A stretch of 64,000 bases of DNA, taken from the NCBI GenBank assembly GCA_026125285.1, contig JAHCLO010000012.1:85008-149007 (forward strand), given 5' to 3'. A program made the position numbers and the translations under genes. This stretch comes from Verrucomicrobiia bacterium (GTDB lineage Bacteria; Verrucomicrobiota; Verrucomicrobiia; Limisphaerales; JADLHS01). Every line of letters starts with the position of its first letter. The first letter of the stretch is position 1. The notes beneath the pieces are model-generated. The model was not told the origin of the DNA. It saw only the letters and a list, made by a program, of their open reading frames with translations, and did no database searches. Positions 54,430 to 63,381 of the stretch are shown piece after piece.

Positions 54430-54605
54430 CACAATGCTGCAAGCAACCTTGAAATGGTTCGTTCTCATTGTTTGCTTTGCCTGGTGCCTGGGCGGCCCCA
54501 GTGGTGACAGAATCACGAGTCCTCCAACCACCGCTTCGCTCCACCGCACAAGCGATCCAAGAAAGGTCCTCATCCAGCCTACACGAGTCACGCTCCAACA
54601 GCACG

Positions 54606-54963
54606 GAACTGCGAACCACCGCAGTTTCAGTGTCCCGGCAACGTGACGACCACCAATGATCCTGGCCAATGTTACGCGACCGGGGTGGCCTTGGGCACGC
54701 CGGTCACCTGGGACAACTGCGGGGTGGCGTCGGTTTTCAACAATGCGCCGGCGCAGTTTCCCGTGGGCACCACCCTGGTCACCTGGACCGTGCGCGATAC
54801 GGAAGGCTTCACCGCCACGTGCGTGCAGGTGAAACCGGCCTCCGAAAACTTGCACCAAGTTTCGCCTGAGCGCGTCAGTTGCTATTACTTCAGAACCGGC
54901 TTCGCCTTTGCCGATTCCCAATGGCCGAAGCGATCCTTGGGCACTCTGGCTTTTTCCGGATAG
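54606..54963 (+). pseudogene. Third, fragmentary HYR cassette (a single HYR domain, then unrelated sequence to a stop)
   Basis: 54631-54831 aligns with 52025-52225 and 49371-49571. The frame reads (NCEPPQFQ)CPGNVTTTNDPGQCYATGVALGTPVTWDNCGVASVFNNAPAQFPVGTTLVTWTVRDTEGFTATCVQV, then diverges. A signal-peptide-like ORF (MLQATLKWFVLIVCFAWCLGG) lies just upstream in another frame. Confidence 0.6.
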
Positions 54964-56036
54964 ATGAAATAGACCGCGTTTTTCGAGTGGGCCCAGGCGT
55001 CCACCAGATTCGCTCGCGGGAAGATCTTGCGGACGTTCTTGCTCGTGCCGGGATCGTTGACAATGACGTCGCCGGTGGCGGTGAAACCAACGCACACCAC
55101 CAAATGGCCGCTGGGTTCACGACCCTTTCCCCGGAAGCGATTGTAGCAGAGCGACAATCCCACCGGGATGCCGCGCGCAATCCAATCTTCCAATTCCGAC
55201 ACGTCGGTGAGGCGCGTGGTGTAGGCGCGCATGCCGGGCAGCGCGCCCGCGTAGGCGGTGTTGAAAACCCAATTGCCCGTGCCGCCCCATTTCGGATCGT
55301 GAACCCCGGTCACGATTTCCGGCACATCGTGATCCAGGCTGGGACGCTTCAAGACCCGGCTCCAATGCGCCATCATCATGGAGACGGTGGTGGGGCTGCA
55401 CAACACGCCGCCGTTTTCGTAGGCCATTTGTGAACGTTCGGGCACGGCAAGGGTTTTGCCCCAGGCCGCGCGATTCGGCGGGAGTGATTCGCGCTGCGCG
55501 CCGGTGTCCGTCAGCGAGAGGCCCAGGAATTTCAACTTGGGCTTTTCCCGTCCCGCGCCTCCCAGTGTCAGTCGAACTTGGAAACATTTCGTGGGTTCAC
55601 GCAGAATCAGCGTATCGGTGTCCACGTTGCCGTCGGCGTCCTTCTGCCGGCGCACGCTCTCGCGCGGGTGCCGCGCGGGATCACCGGACCAAAGCCCGAG
55701 AACGTACCACTTGGTGGTGTGACTCGGATAAATCGCGCGAGCCTCGATCTTGAGATAGGCGCTGGCGGGCATTTCCACGTTCCAGGAGGCAATCAGTTCA
55801 TCCCAAGCGATGCGACTGTGGATTTCGCGTGAAGTCAGAATGATTTCGCCCGGTTGCTTCCCCGGCGATTTCTTGAATGTGCCAAACGATTTGAACGCGA
55901 TGAATTGCTGACCGCGCGCGTCGAAGGGTTCGCTGGAAACGTTCATTGGAGGGAGACAGAGCACTGCCAGTGCAAAGCAGACTGATCGTAACAGGGACCG
56001 GGCGGAGATGTGGTTAACCAACAACAACTGGCGCAT
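54885..56036 (-). CDS. Secreted C39-like (Peptidase_C39_2) cysteine peptidase-domain protein
   Basis: Signal peptide. GGVLCSPTTVSMMMAHW (candidate Cys nucleophile) and SGHLVVCVGF...VNDPG (His/Asp) fit the C39-like/papain fold. Confidence 0.6.
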   Translation of the reverse strand: MRQLLLVNHISARSLLRSVCFALAVLCLPPMNVSSEPFDARGQQFIAFKSFGTFKKSPGKQPGEIILTSREIHSRIAWDELIASWNVEMPASAYLKIEARAIYPSHTTKWYVLGLWSGDPARHPRESVRRQKDADGNVDTDTLILREPTKCFQVRLTLGGAGREKPKLKFLGLSLTDTGAQRESLPPNRAAWGKTLAVPERSQMAYENGGVLCSPTTVSMMMAHWSRVLKRPSLDHDVPEIVTGVHDPKWGGTGNWVFNTAYAGALPGMRAYTTRLTDVSELEDWIARGIPVGLSLCYNRFRGKGREPSGHLVVCVGFTATGDVIVNDPGTSKNVRKIFPRANLVDAWAHSKNAVYFIYPEKARVPKDRFGHWESAKAKPVLK

Positions 56037-56088
56037 GACAGCGCGGATGATGTCAACGGCACGGGGTTTTCACCAGTTCAATCCGGTG

Positions 56089-56982
56089 TCACATGGTTCC
56101 GAGCGCCAGTGCCCAAGTCCAGATGACGAGTGCGGTGAAAATGAAACCGGCCAGGAAGTTGACGGTCGGGCGGGTTGTCCAGTCTCCGGTCAGCGTCAGC
56201 AAGACGCCCAAAACCAATCCCGAGATGAAACCGCCAAAGTGCGCCATGATGTCCGTGCCCGGCGACATGCCCAGCAACGCGAACAGCATCAAGCCGCCTG
56301 CCACGCCGCCAAGAGCGATTCTTAACGCATTGGGATTGCGGCGGAGCAGACTCATGGATTGCGCCGCCACCAATCCCAGCGCGCCCATGACCACGCCGGA
56401 CGCGCCCAAGCCGCGGAAATCATCGCCGCGCACCAGCCAGGACAGTACGTTGCCGCCGGCGCCAGCCAGAAACGCCGCCAATAATCCCACGCCCGTGCCG
56501 TAACGTCCCATGGCCAGTCCGATTAGGATGAAACCGAACACAGCGTTCGCCGCCAGATGCGCGAGGTCGCCATGCAGCAACGTGGCGGTGAACAGTCGCC
56601 ACCATTCCCCAGCGGCGGCCGCCTTGGCGTCCATGATCCCGGCGTCGCGCAACGCCGCGTTGCGATCGCTTAACCAGTAGAACGCGAACGTCAGCAGGAC
56701 CCACGCGGCGCCAGCCCAATCGAAGATGGTGTGCGTCTTGAAGATGGGTTTGCGCCACGGCCAGCCGAGATTCTCAACTCGATAAGTCCGGATGGCCGCC
56801 ACGGATTTGTCGTAATCTTCCGGTGCCACCACCAGGGTCCAGCGTCCATCCTCGATCTGTTCAATCACCGGTTCGATGCCCTGGCTGGCGAGCACCAACC
56901 CCCAGTCCATCGCCTGCCGCTTTGTGCGTGCGGGGATGCGCGCGACGGGTTCGAGGTTGGGTGGTTGAGGGTTCAGTTGCAT
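56089..56982 (-). CDS. Rhomboid-family intramembrane serine protease
   Basis: Six or more TM segments, TATLLHGDLAHLAANAVFGF (H motif) and GASGVVMGALG (GxSG catalytic serine). Confidence 0.85.
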   Translation of the reverse strand: MQLNPQPPNLEPVARIPARTKRQAMDWGLVLASQGIEPVIEQIEDGRWTLVVAPEDYDKSVAAIRTYRVENLGWPWRKPIFKTHTIFDWAGAAWVLLTFAFYWLSDRNAALRDAGIMDAKAAAAGEWWRLFTATLLHGDLAHLAANAVFGFILIGLAMGRYGTGVGLLAAFLAGAGGNVLSWLVRGDDFRGLGASGVVMGALGLVAAQSMSLLRRNPNALRIALGGVAGGLMLFALLGMSPGTDIMAHFGGFISGLVLGVLLTLTGDWTTRPTVNFLAGFIFTALVIWTWALALGTM

Positions 56983-57138
56983 CTGCGTTGGTCATTTATT
57001 CTACAGTCTGGGCAGAACTGTCCAGCAGTTCGTTTTCGGGAAAGCGCGTGGCCCGCTGGTTCGATGGTCACTGACAAACAGTGAATCCCTGACCAAAGTC
57101 CATGCCCGGCTTGCACGGGTGGGCTGAGGCGTTGTTGG

Positions 57139-57410
57139 CGTAGCGCAGAGTTGAACTCTGCTGTATCACAGAATTGGATTCTGCGGCCCCAGGGCGGGGT
57201 CAAACCACGCCCGGGTTTCGCATCACCGCGCCGACTGCAAGTCGGCGATCCAGCCCAGCGCGGCCCGACCGCAACCCAAGGAGCGCGGACAGCTTTGTCC
57301 GCGCGAACCTCGGCCTTGGAACTCGCGGACAAGGCTGTCCGCGCTCCGGGAAATGCGTCGCGGCTTGGGACGATTGCCAAAGATACGGCAGAATTCAATT
57401 CTGCGCTACG
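57139..57410. repeat. Intergenic array of GC-rich hairpin repeats (at least two families, each present as an inverted pair)
   Basis: GCAGAGTT-G-AACTCTGC at 57145-57161 and GCAGAATT-C-AATTCTGC at 57388-57404, inverted with respect to each other within about 28-nt related elements. GCGCGGACA-GCTT-TGTCCGCGC at 57283-57304 and GCGGACA-AGGC-TGTCCGC at 57325-57342, also inverted copies. CGCCGACT-GCA-AGTCGGCG at 57229-57247. CAGAAT-TGG-ATTCTG at 57169-57183. Confidence 0.8.
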
Positions 57411-57559
57411 ATCCTGCGTTACGAGCGCCCACGCTCAGAGATGTCACTCGTGGCTGGAACCAATTTTGCTTTCCAGTTGAACCGACCGCATAGTACGGCC
57501 ACGCCTAACGCCTGAATCAGTGCGGGGCTTGGGCGGCGAAACAATGATCATTTGCGACC

Positions 57560-58300
57560 ATGAAAATGATTCAACCCAACTGCCGCGTGCAGTTTGCTGC
57601 GGAGGACATTGACTTCATCGTGTCGGTGCTCGGCAGCAAGCTCGGCAATGCCGAGTGCCTGATCAGCCTCCTGGCCGATGAAGAGTCGCGCGATCTGATC
57701 CTCGATGATGAGGCGCTCCTGCACGCGCTGCTGGAGCGGCGCAGCTGCCTGCGTGTCTCCACGCACTTTTATTTCTACGTCCTCGTCCGGCACGTCTTCC
57801 TTCGTTCGGACATCAAGGACCGCGCCGTGGCGGATTACGTGGCGGAATTGTTGGCGGAATTCGCGCGAACCGAACACGCCCGCTGCGTCGTGCCCGGCCA
57901 GCCCAATCCACTGGATTACTTCTTCGAGATGCTCGCGGCGCTGCAAACCGCGGACGACCGGACGAGCTTTCACATTCGCGTGCATATTGGCAACCAGTCG
58001 CTGTTTCTTTCGGGCGTGTTTCCCGAGCGCATCCGGGTGCGTGCGGAAAAGCGCGGCTTTCCCGATTTGAAATACTACGAGGCCCTGGGCCGCTCGCAAT
58101 ACCGAGCCGCGAGCGACCATCGTCTGGCCCAACGCTACGAACTGACCAACATCCTGAGTACGTTGTCCGAACGTTTTGAAGCAACCCGGCTCGCTTTGAA
58201 TGAAGTTTCCGACCGATTGTTTTCCGTGGGCGAACCGAACTACGCCCTCGACGCGCTCCTGGCGGCGAAGCCTGCCGAAGGCAGTTCGAGCGAAAGCTGA
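57560..58300 (+). CDS. Conserved hypothetical protein (246 aa)
   Basis: Clean ORF with ATG start and coding-like composition. No recognisable motif. Confidence 0.6.
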   Translation: MKMIQPNCRVQFAAEDIDFIVSVLGSKLGNAECLISLLADEESRDLILDDEALLHALLERRSCLRVSTHFYFYVLVRHVFLRSDIKDRAVADYVAELLAEFARTEHARCVVPGQPNPLDYFFEMLAALQTADDRTSFHIRVHIGNQSLFLSGVFPERIRVRAEKRGFPDLKYYEALGRSQYRAASDHRLAQRYELTNILSTLSERFEATRLALNEVSDRLFSVGEPNYALDALLAAKPAEGSSSES

Positions 58301-58572
58301 ACCGTCGCGCGCTTCATCCGCACAATCCCAGAGGCTCGATTTCGACGCGTATGCCGTCTGGCGTCGGGTTGCCGAATTTTCCACCATCCCCGCGCATCGC
58401 CCGCGCCATGTCTGCCCAGCGGTTGGAGTTGATCGAGTCAACGTCTCTCCAACACCATTGCCCTTTGGGGTTCTTTGCTGGCTTCGGCGGTATCAATCCG
58501 CGCGGCTCAAGACGGCGGGCCGCGAACGGCCCGGCGCCGCTTCCAGCGGACGAGGGCCGGGGTGAGACTTCG

Positions 58573-59080
58573 CCGAATCCCGATTCGGGCTTTGCCCCCT
58601 GAACCGTAGCCGCCGACGTGAGGAGGCGGATTCGCCTGAGGTGCAACGTTGTCCGCCTCCTCACGTCGGCGGCTACGAGCAAAGGGTTCGGGGGAGAAGC
58701 CTGAGAACCGTCACCGCGCGCCGACCTTTTGACGGCTCGAGGACGCACCGTCGGCTCTCCCTCAGCCTCCATCCCGGTCTCGCTGGGAGAGGATTCGCCA
58801 CATTCAGACGCGCGCATTGCACCCTTGAACCGGCGAAGCGTCCGTCCCGCTCGCAGAGTGGCGCTGAAACCGCACGCACTCCAGACGCTTCGCGACCTTT
58901 CCGCGTCAACCAACTGCGCGCAGCGTTTGGAGTGCGGCTGATTCATCGCCGCTTTGGGCGAAGGGGTTCGTAGGGAAGTGGCCCTCGGCTGTGCTGCGAG
59001 CTTTCGCGGCGCCCGTGCCTCCTTGCCGCTTCCACTGAAAACATCGAGGAGCCCCAATTTGCCGCAGCCTTCGGAGTGCG
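58573..59080. repeat. Second intergenic array of hairpin repeats
   Basis: Perfect 25-bp inverted repeat GTAGCCGCCGACGTGAGGAGGCGGA (58606-58630 / 58652-58676, 21-nt loop). CCGAATC..GATTCGG at 58573-58588. GCACTCCAGACGCTTCGCG at 58876-58894, with inverted partner 58917-58935 and a related copy at 59063-59080. Confidence 0.8.
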
Positions 59081-59179
59081 TTTTCTTTACGTTTGGCAAC
59101 CTCAGGGCCGGGCGTTAGCCTTCCCACAGCAACTCAGATGCAACAAGCAAGGGATATCAGACCGCGCAAAATTCGAAAC

Positions 59180-62100
59180 ATGGCAAGCCGCCAGGAGGAT
59201 CCATTCTCGGAGACGAAGGGAAGCTCAACCTGCATCTTGTTTGCGGTGTTGGTTCTGTTGGGGGGAATCGTCGCCGGCACTCCAGCGGCGGGTCTGGTCG
59301 CGACCACTCCGCTTTCGATGTCCGATGAATTCATGGGCTTCAATTTCGGCAAGGAACACGGGCTGCCGGACGATGATGTGCGGGCCATTCTCCAAACGCG
59401 CGATGGCTCGCTGTGGATTTTGACCCAGCAAGGTCTGGCCCGATTCGATGGCTCCGGCTTCACGGTGTTTGACCGGGCGAATAGTCCCGATTTCGAGAGC
59501 GACGACCCCCGGGCACTGGCGGAAGACGCCCAAGGCCGCTTGTGGGTGGGGGGAAAGAACCTGTTGCTACGGATGTCGGGCTCTGCTCTTGAGCGGGTGA
59601 AACTGCCTGGCTTGGAACGGATTGTTCACTCCTACCCGCTTTGCGCGGACCCCAACGGCGGGATGTGGATCGGAGGCGAAACCACGGTGGCCCTCGTCGA
59701 GGATGGGAGCGTGCGCGTTTTCGGGGCTGAGAGCGGGTTGGAAACCGGCGGCATGGTACGCACGTTGGAGATGGATCCGGACGGCACGCTCCATGTCGGC
59801 ACCTTCGACGGCTTCCTCCGATTGAATGTGGAGCGGCAGCAATTCGAGCGCATCAAGATGACGCCGCGTTCGCCGGGAAAGGAAATCGCCGCGCTGGCGT
59901 TGCACTCCGGCCGCGCGCGCCGATTCTGGGCCATGTTCTCGGAATGGCATGATCCAAGATATTTCCACGGCTTTCGCGGGTGGCTCGCATTGCAGCGCGG
60001 TGATTCCTGGGAACCTATTTTGAGTGCCGAGGGGATGGACCTCGCTTTCAGTCACGGGAGTTTATTCGTCGTCGAAGACAGTGCTGGCAACGTGTGGCTT
60101 CCGGCGAAGCCGGATGGGATTAACCGGATTCGCAACAACACTCTTGAAAACCTGACACTGGCGTTCCCCCGCGGCTCGGACGTTGCGACGTGTCTGCGCG
60201 AAGACCACGAAGGCAGTTTGTGGATGGGCACCTTGCAGAGCGGGCTTTGGCGCTGGCAGCCGCGGCGGATGCGAAGTCACTCCGCGCCCAAGGCGCTGCC
60301 GCACGAAAACACCTGGGCGGTCTGCGAGGGTTTGGACGGCGCAATGTGGGTCGGGACCGACGGTGGGCTGGCTCGCTTCAGTGACGGGCGCTGGGAGCAG
60401 TGGACCACCGAACACGGACTGTCTCGCAATAACATTCGGGCGCTGGCCGTGGATCGCGAAGGCACGGTCTGGATCGGCACGGGAGAAGGTTTGAATTCCT
60501 GGCGGGACGGCACGATAACGCGGCACCCGATTCCTGGCGATTGGTTCGAGTCGAAAATTCGTGCCATCCTCCCCACCCGCGAGGGTGCCCTGTGGGTGGC
60601 GGGGGCAACGGGGCTTCATCGCTTGCTGGGCGATCAGCGGACTATGTTTACCACGGCGGATGGGCTGGGGAACAATGACGTTCGGGCGCTGTTGGAGGAT
60701 TCCTCCGGGCGATTGTGGATCGGCACATTTGGCGGCGGACTCCAATGCTACGAGAACGGACAATTCACGACGTTTTCCACCACCAACGGACTCGCCAGTG
60801 GTTTTGTCTGGGCTTTGCACCAGGACGCCGAGGGCGGGATCTGGATTGGCACGGAGTCCGGCCTGCACTGGCTGCGCGACGGCCGCATCGCCTCGTTTGG
60901 CAGAGCGCACGGGCTGCCGGACAATCTCGTGAACTTCATCCTGGAGGACGATTGGGGCCAACTGTGGATCAGCCATGATCGGGGCATCTACCGCGTCCGC
61001 CGATCCGCGCTCATTGACCTGGCCGAGGGGCGGACTGACGCGGTGCAGTGCGTGAGTTACACCAAGGCCGATGGCCTGCCCAGTGAGGAAACCAATGGCC
61101 AAAAAAGTTATCCCCCGGCCGGCAAAGCCCGCGATGGACGACTTTGGTTCGCCACCACGAAGGGCGTGGTGGTTATTGACCCCACGCAACACCATGAAGA
61201 GGAATCGCCGCCGCCGGTGGTGATCGAACGCCTGCGGGCCACGGGTGAATTGGTTTTCAGCCGCGATCCGCAGGACCCGTTGTCGCCGGAACGGACGCTG
61301 GCCACGAACGCTCCATCAGTTCAGCACGCCACCAACCGGTCACCGATGCGCGACCGGAACAAGAACCGCAAGGCCGCCTGGGCGGGAGGGTTTTCTCGTT
61401 TGTCCGACAATCCCCTGTACCGTCTCCCTCCCGGCAGCGGGCGCGTGCTGGAGTTCGCCTTCACCGCCAACACCTTCGTGAATCCGGAACGGGCGCGGTT
61501 CAAATACCGCCTGCTTGGCCTGGACGAAAAGTGGATTGATGCGGGCACGCGGCGGCAGGCGTTCTTCACGAATCTGAAACCGGGCAACTACCGTTTCCAG
61601 GTCGTCGCCGCCAATCACCACGGCGTCTGGAATGAAACCGGAACGACCTGCGCCTTCTCCATTGCGCCGTTCTTTCACGAGACGTGGTGGTTTTACCTGC
61701 TCTGTGGCGGCACGGGGCTGGCCGCAATCGGCGCGTTCGTGGTCTGGCGCGTGCGGGAGTCGCGGAAGATTTATCGCCTCGAACGCCAGGCGGCCGTGGC
61801 CGCCGAACGGTCGCGCATCGCGCAGGACCTGCACGATGGCTTGGGCGCGGACCTCACCCGACTGACCACGCTGGCGGAACTGGCCAGCGACGCGTCCTCC
61901 CAAACCTCGCGCGATCATTTGCGAAAGCTGGCCCGCACTTCGCGCGAAACCACGCGCGGCCTCAAAGACCTGATCTGGATGGCCAATCCGGCCAACGACA
62001 CGCTGGAGAGTTTTTTGGATCGTCTCTGTCAGAACGCCGAAGAGTTTTTGCGGGACACCCAAATCCGCTGCCGCTTTGACCTCGCCGCCGACCTCCCGCC

Positions 62101-62425
62101 GCGGCCGCTTTCGCTCGAGCAGCGCCGCAATCTCTTGCTTGTGGCGCGCGAGGCCCTCAACAATGTTGTCAAACATTCCGGTGCAACGGAGGTCCTGATC
62201 ACCGCGCGCTGGCGTGGCGGAAACCTGGAGTTGATGATCCGCGACAATGGGCGCGGATTTGATGCCAGCGCCGTACGCTCCGGAACGATGGGGTTGAGCG
62301 GCATGTGCCGACGGATTGAGAATTTGGGCGGCCAGTTTGAACTGGAGAGTTCACCCGAAGCCGGAACAAGAATACGGATTCAAGTCAAGTGGCAGACCGC
62401 AGACCATGCAAAACCATCAGAATGA
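59180..62425 (+). CDS. Sensor histidine kinase with periplasmic two-component-regulator beta-propeller repeats, Y_Y_Y domain, TM segment, HisKA_3 and HATPase domains
   Basis: Repeated (D..G.lWigT..GL..f) propeller motifs. FKYRLLGLDEKWIDAG...GNYRFQVVAANHHGVWN (Y_Y_Y). TM WWFYLLCGGTGLAAIGAFVVW. ERSRIAQDLHDGLGADL (H box). NNVVKHSGA...IRDNGRGF. ATG at 59180 within ORF 59093..62425. Confidence 0.85.
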   Translation: MASRQEDPFSETKGSSTCILFAVLVLLGGIVAGTPAAGLVATTPLSMSDEFMGFNFGKEHGLPDDDVRAILQTRDGSLWILTQQGLARFDGSGFTVFDRANSPDFESDDPRALAEDAQGRLWVGGKNLLLRMSGSALERVKLPGLERIVHSYPLCADPNGGMWIGGETTVALVEDGSVRVFGAESGLETGGMVRTLEMDPDGTLHVGTFDGFLRLNVERQQFERIKMTPRSPGKEIAALALHSGRARRFWAMFSEWHDPRYFHGFRGWLALQRGDSWEPILSAEGMDLAFSHGSLFVVEDSAGNVWLPAKPDGINRIRNNTLENLTLAFPRGSDVATCLREDHEGSLWMGTLQSGLWRWQPRRMRSHSAPKALPHENTWAVCEGLDGAMWVGTDGGLARFSDGRWEQWTTEHGLSRNNIRALAVDREGTVWIGTGEGLNSWRDGTITRHPIPGDWFESKIRAILPTREGALWVAGATGLHRLLGDQRTMFTTADGLGNNDVRALLEDSSGRLWIGTFGGGLQCYENGQFTTFSTTNGLASGFVWALHQDAEGGIWIGTESGLHWLRDGRIASFGRAHGLPDNLVNFILEDDWGQLWISHDRGIYRVRRSALIDLAEGRTDAVQCVSYTKADGLPSEETNGQKSYPPAGKARDGRLWFATTKGVVVIDPTQHHEEESPPPVVIERLRATGELVFSRDPQDPLSPERTLATNAPSVQHATNRSPMRDRNKNRKAAWAGGFSRLSDNPLYRLPPGSGRVLEFAFTANTFVNPERARFKYRLLGLDEKWIDAGTRRQAFFTNLKPGNYRFQVVAANHHGVWNETGTTCAFSIAPFFHETWWFYLLCGGTGLAAIGAFVVWRVRESRKIYRLERQAAVAAERSRIAQDLHDGLGADLTRLTTLAELASDASSQTSRDHLRKLARTSRETTRGLKDLIWMANPANDTLESFLDRLCQNAEEFLRDTQIRCRFDLAADLPPRPLSLEQRRNLLLVAREALNNVVKHSGATEVLITARWRGGNLELMIRDNGRGFDASAVRSGTMGLSGMCRRIENLGGQFELESSPEAGTRIRIQVKWQTADHAKPSE

Positions 62426-63053
62426 CATCCGCGTGGCGACCATCGAGGATGACGATGAATATCGCGACCACCTGACCGCTGTGATCAACGGCGAGGCAGG
62501 CTATTGCTGCGTGGGTTCCTATCGCAATGCCGAGGTTGCCCTCACGCAATTGTCCTGCGTCCAGCCCGACGTCCTCCTTCTGGACCTGGAACTGCCCGGT
62601 CGCAATGGGCTCGAGGTCATCTCCGAACTGGTGGCCCGCTGGCCCAAGCTGGCAATCATTGTCCTGACGGTGCATGACGAAGCGGCGAAGATATTCACGG
62701 CATTGGAAGCCGGGGCGATCGGTTATCTCGGCAAGCCGGTTTCCTCGGTGCAGCTCTTGGAGGACATCACCGAAGCTCACGCGGGAGGATCGCCGATGTC
62801 CACTTCGATCGCCCGGCTGGTGGTGCGGAAACTTCATGCCCAGGGCCGGCTGCGGAAAAGCCTGGATCAATTGACGCCCCGTGAACTGGAAATCCTCGAT
62901 CACATTTCCCGGGGCTTGAGCACCAAGGAAATCGCCAGCCAACTCGAGTTGAGCGAGCGCACCATCAGCAGCCATCTCCGCAAGATTTACGACAAACTCC
63001 AGGTCCATTCGCGCAGCGCCGCGGTGTCGCGATACCTCACGCGGAATACTTAG
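62406..63053 (+). CDS. NarL/FixJ-family response regulator (REC + LuxR HTH)
   Basis: DVLLLDLELPGRNG (phospho-acceptor Asp). LTPRELEILDHISRGLSTKEIASQLELSERTISSHLRKIYDKLQV. ATG at 62406 overlaps the kinase 3' end. Confidence 0.85.
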   Translation: MQNHQNDIRVATIEDDDEYRDHLTAVINGEAGYCCVGSYRNAEVALTQLSCVQPDVLLLDLELPGRNGLEVISELVARWPKLAIIVLTVHDEAAKIFTALEAGAIGYLGKPVSSVQLLEDITEAHAGGSPMSTSIARLVVRKLHAQGRLRKSLDQLTPRELEILDHISRGLSTKEIASQLELSERTISSHLRKIYDKLQVHSRSAAVSRYLTRNT

Positions 63054-63381
63054 AATCGGTTGCGTGAGCCGCTGGTTGGTGGGGCGAGCCTAATCGTGAG
63101 CCGAAGCCAACCGGGGTTTCAACCCTCTGCGGCTCGTCCGTAGCCTCGCCCCACCTGGTCAATCTCGTTCTGGCGCAGCCGCCACGCGGCGGTGCTGGGC
63201 GGTGGGCCTGTTAGTTTTGAACGAGCGCGCTGACTTGCGCAGAAATGCGCAAACCGACGCGCTCGGCTGGCTTCTTTTCTCACCCGTTGCGCACATTGAC
63301 GGATAGGCGACGGCGCTGACTCCGGTAAGATGTCTGGTGTGGCTGTCGCGCTCCCTGCGGGTCGAATCACATCGTAAGAAA

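Noticed and set aside
57151-59127. ORFs of 60-260 aa covering the hairpin arrays, for example 56973..57398(-), 57151..57480(+), 58314..59099(-), 58641..58973(+).
   Set aside because: They are translations of palindromic repeats. Both strands are open and the peptides mirror each other. Repeat origin explains them better than coding.
690-61195. Many long ORFs antisense to, or out of frame with, confident genes. Examples: 690..1349(-), 3602..4186(-), 4201..4911(-), 8828..9592(-), 9599..11023(-), 20161..21132(+), 34199..36112(-), 47985..49853(-), 51605..53218(-), 60062..61195(-), 61340..62176(-).
   Set aside because: They lie opposite genes with clear family motifs. Their composition is Arg/Gly/Pro/Ala-rich and low in complexity, as expected for stop-poor frames in high-GC DNA, and they carry no recognisable motifs.
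63054-63381. Inverted repeat GGTGGGGCGAG...CTCGCCCCACC (about 63078/63143) and TTGCGCA-GAAA-TGCGCAA hairpin (about 63233-63250) as a terminator or regulatory RNA after the response regulator.
   Set aside because: No U-tract follows either stem and no known motif was recognised. Possibly just further members of the hairpin-repeat population.
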